Of a stretch of DNA of 64,000 nucleotides, positions 24,601 through 36,600 are shown piece by piece. Origin of the DNA: Yuukianura sp. NJ FZ-2021 (taxonomy: Eukaryota); contig CM102289.1 of assembly GCA_046563655.1 (NCBI GenBank), positions 5,270,001 to 5,334,000 of the forward strand, written 5' to 3'. Within the stretch, counting starts at the first letter, position 1, and each line of letters opens with the position of its first letter. The notes beneath the pieces were generated by a model. That model was given only the letters and a program-made list of their open reading frames with translations. It searched no databases and had not been told where the DNA came from. The position numbers and the translations under genes are program-made.

Positions 24601-27600
24601 TTCAGCAGCTAAATTTTCAGTGTAATTAAACATTTTGAACGATGTTGTACGAAGAACTTCAAGATAAGGAATTTGCCGCCAAACTTTTGGCACGTCAAAA
24701 TCCAAATGTTCAATCTGAACTGTTTGTAAAATTTCCACCCGTAGGAGCTTGGTTACCAAAACCATATGCTGAACACTACGACACTATTCGCAACCTGGAC
24801 GTACGTCAAGATGACGTTTATGTTTTGGGAATCCCAAAGAGCGGTAAAGAAAACTATTAAGTTACGATATTATTTAAATATATTTCAATTTCAATTCATA
24901 TTTTAGTTGTATATTCAAATATATTCTAATCTAACGTTTTTGGTATCACATATGTACATAAGGGTCAACCTGGACACAGGAAATGGTGTGGCTTCTGGGT
25001 CATGACCTTGACTATGAAGGAGCCAAAGTGCTTCTCAGCACTCGATTTCCACATTTAGAGTAAAAGAAATCCAGTTTAAGTTTGCTTTAATTTTTGCATA
25101 CACGTTTTAATTCGCAATTTTTTTTCGATATTGCAGAGTGGATTTTCTTAGAGTTTCAAATGTAAAAGGTGCTGCGCCAACAACGATTGACATAATCAAG
25201 AACGCGCCCTCTCCACGCTACATCAAAAGCCACGTTCACTGGCAACTTTTACCAAAACAAATCGAAACGAAGAAACCGAAAATTATTTACGTGGCGAGAA
25301 ACCCAAAAGATCAATGCGTTTCATATTTTCATTTCAAAGGACTCATCAGTGGATATGAAGGAACGATGGATGACTTTGTAGAGGAATTTATTGCAGACTA
25401 CTGTATGATCCAAATTTCAATTTTCTTTAAAAATGAAATTTTAAAAAGGAGAAATATTGCTGTACTATTTAGATGTTGGTGGGCCATACTGGGCTCACAT
25501 TAGCGAATTCTGGAACCGTAGAAACGAACCAAACATTCTCTTCGTTCGATATGAAGATATGAAAAAGGTATTTTGAAAACATTGCGTTGTGAACTGAAAA
25601 AATCTAACAACATACATTGGTGTTGTATTGTTTTTTAATCTCTCTCGCGCAGGATTTGCCAGGAATGGTGCGCAAAACTGCAGAATTTTTAGGAAAATCC
25701 TACACTGATGAGCAATATGCCAAACTTGTTGAACATCTCAGTTTTGAATCAATGAAAAAGAATTCAGCAGTGAACAACGAAAAACACGTTGAAGCTTTGA
25801 CCAAGTTTCATGGAAAACCAAAAACTACAGATTTCATTCGAAAAGGAAAAGTGGGATCATGGAAAGAAGAACTGAGTCCTGAATCTGTTAAAAAGCTGGA
25901 TGACTGGATTGCCAGAACAAAAATTGATGGAATTTGGGAAAATCTTTAAAAGCAAAATTTTTCAACAATTTCAAATTTGAAATAGTACTATGAATACAAT
26001 TTATGTCATCAAATGGATCCAAATCTGGTGAAATTGAGTTCGGAATTTGAGTGGTTTGCTTATTTCCAAAGTTTATGTCATTCTCGCTTCATCCGAAATA
26101 GCAATGTTAATAATGTGAAGCGGAGCCCTTTCTTTGGAAATCGGAAAAAAAATTCAACACGTTAGACTACTAATCTGCCCAAAAACCCATTTAAAGGACG
26201 TAGAAACTACAGTTTTATTTTTATTCCTTTTATTACTATGTCTTTTTTGACTTCAATGAAAATTTCACACCTATCTGTATCTAGTCGTAATTCCCGGATT
26301 TTATCTAGTTGAATTCATAATACGTCATGTTTTTGAAGTGTACAATTTCCCAGTGTAGATAACACTTCTAAAATTATTCATTTTTGACACTTTTTGAAAT
26401 TTTATTTTCCCAAGCAATTAAAAGCAGCTACATTTGATTCTGTTACAATTCCTCAACAATAATCCAAAACTTTCAAAAAATTGACATTCTCGTTTTGAAA
26501 AATGTCGCTGTATGAAGAAATTCCAGATGACGAATTTGCCGCCAAGTTGCTTGCTCGGCAAAATCCACCGGTGCGTTCAAATCTGCACGTAAAATTCCAA
26601 CCAGTAGGAGCATGCCTACCAAGAATTTACGCGGATCATTACGACGCCATTCGGAACATGGAAGTGCGGGAAGACGATGTTTGGATCATATCGATCCGAA
26701 AAACGGGTAAAACTTAACATTGTTTAAACTCGTTTGTAAGCAAATATTTGTAAACATTTTTACCATGTTTACTTTTGTTCTCTGTAGGAACAACATGGAG
26801 TCAAGAAATGCTTTGGCTTTTGGGTCATAATTTGGACTATGAGGGAGCAAAGGTGTATCTTGGTGATCGATTTCCATATTTGGAGTAAGCTTTCTTTCAT
26901 GATTATAATTCTTCAGAAATGCTAAAATTTAAACAACTTTGCAAAACTTTTTATGTTAGGTTTGACGCAATTACTCACGAGCGAGCACGCAATAATCCGG
27001 AACTTAAGCAAATGCCATTTGAGGATATTAAGAACATGCCGTCTCCACGCTACATCTCGACTCATCTTCACTTTGAACTTTTACCAAAAGAATTGGAAAC
27101 GAAGAAACCAAAAATTCTTTATGTAGCGCGCAATCCAAAAGCTCAATGTGTTTCACATTACCATCATAGAAGACTCATTGAAGGCTATGCTGGAACGCTG
27201 GACGATTTTGTTGAGGAATTTCTCGCAGGATATTGTAAGAAGCTAAAATCGTTAATTTTAGTTTAACCGTAGTTTAGAAATTTTTACATCTAAATTCAAG
27301 CGATTTCTTAGATAATGGCGCACCTTACTGGCCTCACATCCAGCCATTTTGGGATCGACGCAACGACCCTAACATTCTGTTCCTTACTTACGAAGAAATG
27401 AAAGCAGTAAGTAGTTGCATAACGAAGAAAACAAACAAACCTTGTGTACAGACCTCTCTATTTACTTCTTGTATGCTTTTTGCTGAAAGATTTCAAATTT
27501 TCTATTGTAGGATTTGCCGGCTGTAGTCCGAAAGGCTGCGGCGTTTTTAGGAAAATCGTATACGGATGAACAGTACGAAAAATTATACAAACACCTCAGC

Positions 27601-30600
27601 TTCGAGTCAATGCAAAACAATCCTGCAGTGAACTACGAGAACATTGCGAGTGTTGTGGCGAGGTACATGGGGAAAGAAAAACCTGGAAACTTTATGCGAA
27701 AGGGAAAAGTTGATTCGTGGAAGGAAGAGCTAACTTCAGAACAAATTCAAAAATTGGACGAGTGGATTGCTTTGAACAAAATTGAAGGAATTTGGGAAAA
27801 CCTTTAAACATTAATTCAAAAATTAAAATAATTGAAAATAAACTGTAAAAAATTTAAAACTTGCAAAGTCGTTTGGGATGAGTCGTTCAATTACGCTCCA
27901 CTAATTGTAAGTTCCATTGCTTACTAAAAGGCGTGATGTGCCTCAAAATTTTCAATTTCAGACTTAGATCTTATTTTTTTAAACGTCATTAATCAAAATT
28001 TGAATTCCCTCCCAAATTGTTGAAATCCAAACTAAAATCCAACTCCGAGTAGTCGTTAGTTAGCGTAACCTAGCATTCCTTTTTTGTCGGAAGACATGTT
28101 CGGTATCGTGAAAACATTTTCTTTTGAAGTGCTGCGTATATTACTCGGTAACTTCAAAGTTACAGGGATTGAAAACAATATTTTTATTTAATGACCTTTG
28201 CCATTGTCAACACAGCTTTCCTACCTCTAATCACCACTGCCTGACGCATGAAATCTGTTTATTTGGACTTTTCCACCGAGATTAATCTTACTTGGATCAA
28301 AACAAACTTCTATCTTTAATTTAAGTAGAACAGTACATTTCAGACACTATCAAATTATGTGCAGTTCGCCCGACCTAACACAAATCTTTAGCATACCATA
28401 GCCGATTTTAACAATTTTTTTTATAACTGAAAGAAATTTTTAAAATGTTGTACACTGAACTCAATGACAAAGAACTGAGAGCTAGAATTTTGGCTCGTAA
28501 CAACCCGCTTGCGCGCCCAGACCTCCAAGTTTTGTTCAAACCGACTGGAACATGCGCACCGAAAGACTTTGCCGACATCTACCAGACTATCCAAGACATG
28601 CAAGTGCTGGAAGACGACGTCTGGGTCCTGTCAATCCCTAAATCTGGTAAAATTTTGCCAACAATATTCGAATACATTCAAAAAAAGTTAACATTAAGCG
28701 TTGGTTGATTATTCTTAGGTACGACATGGACACAAGAAATGGTTTGGCTAACAGGGCATGAGCTTGATTACGAAGGTGCCAAAGTGCTTCTCAACGTCCG
28801 TTTTCCATGGTTGGAGTAAGTGGAATATTTATCCTATTTCATTTTCGCTACAAACATTAAGTTTAAAATGTAAAATTACAAATCTCAGATTTGACGGACT
28901 TGGAAATGCTAAATTCCGAAAAGACCCTTCAATTCAACAACCTTCGCTTGAGTCCATTATTAACGCACCCTCTCCAAGGTACATCAAGAGTCACCTGCAT
29001 TGGCAACTTTTGCCAAAAGAAATTGATATGAAGAAACCAAAGATCGTTTACGTGGCGCGAAATCCAAAGGATCAGTGCGTCTCACTGTTTCATCACAAGA
29101 GACTTATGGCAGGATACAATGGAACAATGGACGAATTCATTGAAGACGAATATCTCAATGATTTTTGTAAAGGAAAGGACATTAAATTTTTAGGTTGGCA
29201 TTCTCGGTTGTTTAAATTACAAATTTAATTGAAAACAGATAACTTTGGTCCATACTGGCCTCATCTTCGTGAAGCTTGGAACAGACGCAACGAACCGAAC
29301 GTTCTTTTTCTTAAATACGAAGACATGAAGAAGGTAATGAATAATCATAGTCCAAATTCTTTTTTTTTCAATTTCACTTTTTAGGCCTTAAAACATATAC
29401 TGTTTCATAGGACTTGTTGTCCGCCTGCCGCAAAACTGCTGCGTTTCTAGGAAAATCGTACACGGAAGAACAATATGCGAAGTTGGTGGATCACTTGAGT
29501 TTTGATTCGATGAAAAAGAATGCAGCAGTGAACAACGAGCAACTTATGAAAAATATCTGCAAATACTTGGGGACTGACAAGGAATCACAGCAGTTCATTC
29601 GAAAAGGAAAGGTGGACGGCTGGAAAGAAGAAATGAGCCAGGAATCAAGTCAGAAGCTAGATGCATGGATTGCCAAAAACAGAATTGATGCAGTGTGGGA
29701 AAACATTTAAAAAACAATTAAATAAAAACAATGTGCTTAGAATAATTACAACAACCTTAATTACGAAAATTAAATGAAGGTATTTGACTAAAGCCACGAA
29801 AAAAAAATCTCTTCTTTGATGTCATCAACCAAACATAGTTGAAGGTCGCCCTCTTCATTTTGTAAGATACATAATCCAGAATACGTGAACATGTTAGTAT
29901 TTCTAATAGCTCCGGCGATTATGCCTAATGGGAGAAAGTGGTTAAACACATTAAATTTTAAGCTTAAGTAGCGGAGCTCCAAAAGCTGAGCAGACAGCAA
30001 ACAAGTTAAAGCGGTTCAACTTAGAAAAAATAACATTTTTTAGAGAACCAATATCTGAAAACGAAATGTTGTACGAAGAATTTCAAGACAAGGAATTGGT
30101 TGCCAAATTTCTGACCCATCAGAGTCCAATATTTCAACCCGCACCGTTTGTAAAATACAAACCAAGCGGAACTTGTTTGCCGCTGGACTACGCGGCGTAC
30201 TACGACACCATCCGTAACATGGAAGTGCGTCACGAAGATGTTTGGGTAGTGTCAATTCCAAGATCAGGTTAGATACTTATTGTCAATGGTAAACGTTATA
30301 AAATTTTTAGTTATGGAGAAGAGTATTCTAAATAATTTCTAACTTTAGGAACAACATGGACACAAGAAATGGTTTGGCTTTTGAGTAATAACTTGGATTA
30401 CGAAGGAGCTAAGAGGCCTCTGATAATTCGATTCCCATTCTTAGAGTAAACACAAAGTTAAAATTTATGAAATGGATTGTTTGGGTGACTAAACTGAACG
30501 TTTGTTGCTTCATTGTTTTAATGACATTGATTGAAGCTGTTTCTAAAGTAAACTCTTATACAAATTATTTATCAAGGGTACACGCGATAGCAGGAAGTAT

Positions 30601-33600
30601 GCTTGATACTATGAATCAAAGAAAGAAGCCGCCGTCGATAGACACCTTTAAAAAGATGCCATCGACACGCTACATCAAAACTCACCTTCCGATGTCATTG
30701 TTACCAAAACAAATGCTATCGAAGAAACCAAAAATTGTGTACGTAGCGCGAAATCCGAAAGATCAGTGTGTATCACTTTTTCATCATAAAGGAGTCGTCT
30801 ATGGTTATAACGGGACGATGGATGATTCCGTTGAAGAATATTTAGCTGACTACGGTAACATTTTTAGTAACGTGGATTTTACAATTTTTTTTAAATTGCA
30901 AAGGTTAATTCAAAGTTAATTTCTTCAAAAGGATTTTATTTGCCATATTGGTCTCATGTCCGTGAATTCTGGAGCCGCCGCAACGAATCAAACATTCTCT
31001 TTCTCACATACGAGGAAATGAAAAAAGTAACAGTTCAACTTAACCATTCCTACGTTTTGATTTGAAAACTTGGCAAAAAAAAATTCTTGCTCTTTTTTAA
31101 ACTAAGCTTTATTCTTACCTCAAGGATTTGCCGTCGGTCATAAAGAAGACGGCGAAATTTTTAGGAAAAAGTTATACGGATGATCAATGTGAGAAACTCA
31201 CTAAACACCTCAGCCTCGAGTCAATGAAGGGCACTCGAGCAGTGAACAAGGAAGAATCTTCTCAAGCTATGCACAAGGTCCATGGGAAACCAAAAACTAC
31301 AAGTTTCATTCGAAAAGGAAAAGTGGATTCATGGAAAGAAGAACTCAGTCCGGAATCAATCGAAAAACTGGATCACTGGATTGCCAAGAACAAAATTGAT
31401 GGCATTTGGGAGAATACATGAAACGTGAGAACTTAAAAACACATTGCATTTGCATATTGAATAGTCAGAACTATTCATACATCGGCTGTGAAAAATACAA
31501 TGAAACCAAGATAATTCGGAGAAAGTTATAGAGAAAATCATGTTGTTGATGACATTACGACTCTTCGTTATGTGTAACATCCACAATTCAAATTATTCTG
31601 ATAACTTGTAATAGGTCAGGTGATTAAGCTTAATGTGTTCATTACTTAAACCAAATTAAATTTCAGGCTTAAATACTGGAGCACAAGCTTCAATAAATAT
31701 CACACGAGTTTAAGCACTTCAAGCGTATTCTAGTGGAATCACAGTTTTCATAAAAAGCATCTGAGAAACAAATGTTGTACGAAGAATTTCGAAACAAGGT
31801 GTTCGTTGCCAAGTTTTTGACCCATAGCCGATTTTGACAAAAAAGATTTTTTTGTAACTTTGAAAGAAATTTTGAAAATGTTGTACACTGAACTCGAGGA
31901 CAAAGAACTGGGAGCTAGAATTTTGGCTCGTAATAACCCGCATGCGTGCCCAGACCTCCAAGTTCTTTTCAAGCCAGTTGGAACATGCGCACCGAAAGAC
32001 TTTGCCGACATTTATTACACTATCCAAGATATGCAAGTGCACGAAGACGACGTCTGGGTCCTGTCAGTCCCTAAATCTGGTAAATTTTTGCAAACAATAT
32101 TTGAATACATTCAAACAAAAGTTAACATTAAACATTATTTGATTATTTTTAGGTACAACATGGACGCAAGAAATGGTTTGGCTAATAGGGCATGAGCTTG
32201 ACTACGAAGGTGCCAAAGTGCTTCTCCACTTCCGTTTTCCATTGTTAGAGTAAGTGGAATATTTATCCTATTTCAATTTGGCTCCAAACTTTAAGTTCAA
32301 AATGTAAAATTACAAACTTCAGATTCGATGCAATTGGAAATGCCAAATTCCGAAAACATCCTTCAATTCAACATCCTTCGCTTGACTCAATTATGAACGG
32401 ACCCTCTCCAAGGTACATCAAGAGTCATCTGCATTGGCAACTTTTGCCAAAAGAAATTGATACGAAGAAACCAAAGATCGTTTACGTGGCGCGAAATCCC
32501 AAGGATCAGTGCGTCTCACTGTTTCATCACAAAAGATTGATGGCAGGATACAGAGGAACAATGGACGAATTCATTCAAGACGAATATCTCAACGATTTTT
32601 GTAAAAGAAAAGGGCATTAAACTTTTTGTTTGGTTTTCCCATTTGATTAAATTATACAAATTTAATTGAAAATAGACAACTTTGGTCCATACTGGCCTCA
32701 TCTTCGTGAAGCTTGGAACAGACGCAACGAACCGAACGTTCTTTTTCTTAAATACGAAGACATGAAGAAGGTACGAGTAATCATAGTCCAAATTAGTTTT
32801 TTTTTCAACTTCACTTTTCAGGCCTTAAAACCTATACTGTTTCATAGGACTTGTTGTCCGTCTGTCGCAAAACTGCTGCGTTTCTAGGAAAATCTTACAC
32901 GGATGAACAATATGCGAAGTTGGTGGAGCATTTGACTTTTGATTCGATGAAAAAGAATCCAGCAGTAAACAACGAACAACTTATGAAAAATATCTGCAAA
33001 TACTTGGGGACTGACAAGGAATCACAGCAGTTTATTCGAAAAGGAAAGGTGGACGGCTGGAAGGAAGAATTAAGCCAGGAATCAAGTCAGAAATTAGATG
33101 CATGGATTGCCAAAAATAGAATTGATGGAGTTTGGGAAAACATTTAAAAACAATTAAACAAAAATAATGTGCTCAGAATAATTACAACAACCTTAATTAC
33201 GAAAAATAAATGAAGGTATTTGACTAAAGCCTTTGAGAATCTGTAAACTAATTTCAAAAATTACTGTTCCAAAACATATTTTCCACCTTACTATCTGCCG
33301 TGTTGGTCTCATCTCCGGGAATTCTGGATCCGGCGCAATGAATCCAACATTCTGTTTCTAACTTACGAAAAAATGAAAAAAAGTAACCAATTCAAGCGAA
33401 ATTCTTTCTTTCTAAAGTTTAGCAAAAATATTTATATCGCAATTCTTTTTACATAAACCTTCAGGATTTGCCGCATGTCATAGAGAAAACAACGGCATTT
33501 TTGGAAAAAAGTTACACGCATGAACAGCTAGAAAAACTTGCTGAGCACCTCAGTTGTGAGTCAATGAGAAACAATTGTGCAGTGAACAAGACCAAAATAG

Positions 33601-36600
33601 CCGATATTGCGGCAGAACGTCACGGGAAACCGAAAACTACAGGTTTCATTCGAAAAGGAAAAGTTGGATCTTGGAGGGAGGAACTTAGTCCAGAATCGGT
33701 CAAAAAACTGGATGACTGGATTGCCAACAATAAAATTGATGGAATTTGGGAGAGCATTTAGAATTAAAAGCATTTGAAAGAAAAAATATCTTCTCATTTG
33801 TTAAGGTGAGATGCTACATTGTTAAATAAATTGAGTGCGACATGAGTGCTGGTATTACAGTCATTTAGCGAAGAGAAAGGACATGAACTATCGGTTGTAC
33901 TTATTGTTCAGATTCTTTAGACTTTAAGTAATTTCAAAAATTATTGAACACAAGTTCAACTACTCATTTTCTACATTGGCCTATCACCTCAGTGAATTTT
34001 AGACTCGCCAAAATTAATCCAAAGATCTCTTTTTAACTTACGAAGAAATGAAAAAGTGGCCAATTCAAATGAGAACTATTTTTTGTTTCTAAAAGATTAC
34101 ACTCTAATTATATTTTTAAAACCTATTCCAAATTTTAGAATTTATCGTTAGTAAGAAAACCTAACGGATAACATTGAAGATTTAACTGGTCTGGCGACAC
34201 GTCATGGAAGACCGGAAACTAAGGGTTTCATCCAGAAAGAAAAAGAAGATTCATGAAACATGAACTCAGTTAGGGATCTATCAAAAATCTGGATTAGTCG
34301 TATGCAGAGAATAAAGTAGAGCAAAATTCGGAAAACATAAAACCAAAAAATAGAAAACACTAATTTAACTTGTCAAAGTCAAATGCTACGCGTCAAGTCA
34401 AATAAACTCATCAAGTTTCACACAAGTTTGGTTTCAAAAGTGGATTAGCAAAAGCTATAGATTTCATTATGCGGAAAATTGATAAAACTAAAAAAAAAAC
34501 ATTTATCAACTGCTTCAATTCAAAGTTGGTTTAAGTGGCAGATAATAAATTTCACAAGTACAAAAGTAGTTCAGCGGCCTAATTCTGCACTTTCTTTCTG
34601 CACTGCGGTTTTCTGGCTTAACATTATTAACGCAGATTCTATACATTGGTTGCTTTTCTAAAAGTTTTTTTTTTTTTTTGCAAAAGCCGGTAGAATGCTT
34701 TACGATGAACTTGAAGACAAAGAGCTTGCGCAGAAAGTGTTAGCCAGACAGAATCCTGTGGTGTATCCAGAACTTTTTGTGAAATTTAAACCTGACGGAT
34801 ACTGGCTTCCTCGCGACTATGCCCATCACTACGACGATATTCGAAACATGGAAGTACGTGAAGACGATGTCTGGGTGGTGTCGCTCATTAAGGCTGGTAA
34901 ACTGCTCAAGGCAATTCGAAACTTGCATAAGAATGATTTGTTTCGTATTTTGGGTTCTAAAGTTCCAGAACGATATTTTGGGATGGAAAGTTTAATTTTG
35001 ATTTTCTCGCTCTATGTTGCAGGTACAACATGGACACAAGAAATGGTTTGGCTTCTAGGGCATGATCTGGATTATGAAGGCGCAAAAACACTGCTTACGG
35101 TTCGCTTTCCCTACGTGGAGTAAGTTAATCAAAATCCTGTCAGTTACAGGCAAATTTTGAAATTTCAAATTTTGGCGCTTCACCAAACTTTAATTTCCTG
35201 CCTGCCACGTGAAATGTAATCAGTAGCTAATAACAAGGTTGACATTTTGTTACGCTTCAAATTTCCACCTTTCCGTCTCAGAGTTTCAAAATTTTCGGAG
35301 CGGGAAAATTGACTGATTGAAGTTTTTGGCATAACTTCTAAATTTGGAAAAGTGGCGGAAAAAGTACAAATTTAATGATTTTTAGACCATGCTGTATTAA
35401 GGAAAGTACAAAGAAAAAAAAGTATGGCTGCTTGAGACAGCTAACGATGAGCCATTTGGTGCAGAATTTGAAGCTAATTGGATTTTGTTTTTTCCTCAAA
35501 CTTTTTCAAACTTTCTCTCGAGAATTTTTTTATAAATGAAAACTTAGCAAGCAGCTCATTTTTGCCGGTTCATTTTCTCTGCCTAGGTTTGACGCCACTT
35601 GGAAAATTGATGCTGTGAGTGATATACTCAAGGCAGGCGACACGCCCACGTCCATGGAAATTGTTAACCAAATGAAATCTCCGCGTTACATCAAAACGCA
35701 TTTGCCCTTTGACCTTTGTCCGAAACAGTTTGAAACGAAAAAGCCAAAAATTATTTACGTCGCAAGAAACCCGAAGGATCAGTGTGTGTCCTACTACCAT
35801 CATCGAGTTCTGATTGAAGGATACAAAGGAACTGTAAACGACTTTGTCGACGAGTATATACACGACGTTTGTAAGATTTTGATAAAAAGAAAACAATTCT
35901 CGAATAATGTTTCAGTTTTTAAAAATACCAAAAAAATATTCCTTAATCAACAGCAATGTACTGCCCATTTTGGAATCATGTGAAGGGTTTTTGGGACAGA
36001 AGAAACGAACCAAACGTTCATTTTATCACATACGAAGCAATGAAAAAGGTACCGATACCGTGACTTTTTTATAGAAAGACAGAGAATATTTTTTGGAAAA
36101 TTTTATAGTTTAAGAAAATTAAGCCAGGGAATAATTTTCATTATGCTCTGATTATTACTTTTATTTGATTTTTAAAGGACTTGAATTCAGTGGTCCGAGC
36201 TACGGCCAAATTTCTTGGAAAATCATATTCGGATGCAGAATATGAAAAGTTACTTGGCCACTTAAGCTTTGAGTCGATGCGCGTCAATCCATCAGTGAAC
36301 TACGATGAAGCCACAGAGTACATCACCAAGTTGTGCGGAAGCGAACGTAAAACCAATTTCATGCGAAAAGGAGAAGTGGGCAGTTGGCAGGAAGAACTAA
36401 GTGCGGAGTCAATTCAAAAATTAGACGCATGGATTGCCAAAAATCGAATTGACGGAATTTGGAACAACATTTGAATTTCAAAAGGCCAAATAAAATTATG
36501 TTGTCATCGGACAACGTCAAATGACAAGTGATGTCACATGAGTGAGTTAAGAGGTTATGATTAGCCACAATTTATTTACACGTCGACTTTTGATAACAAC

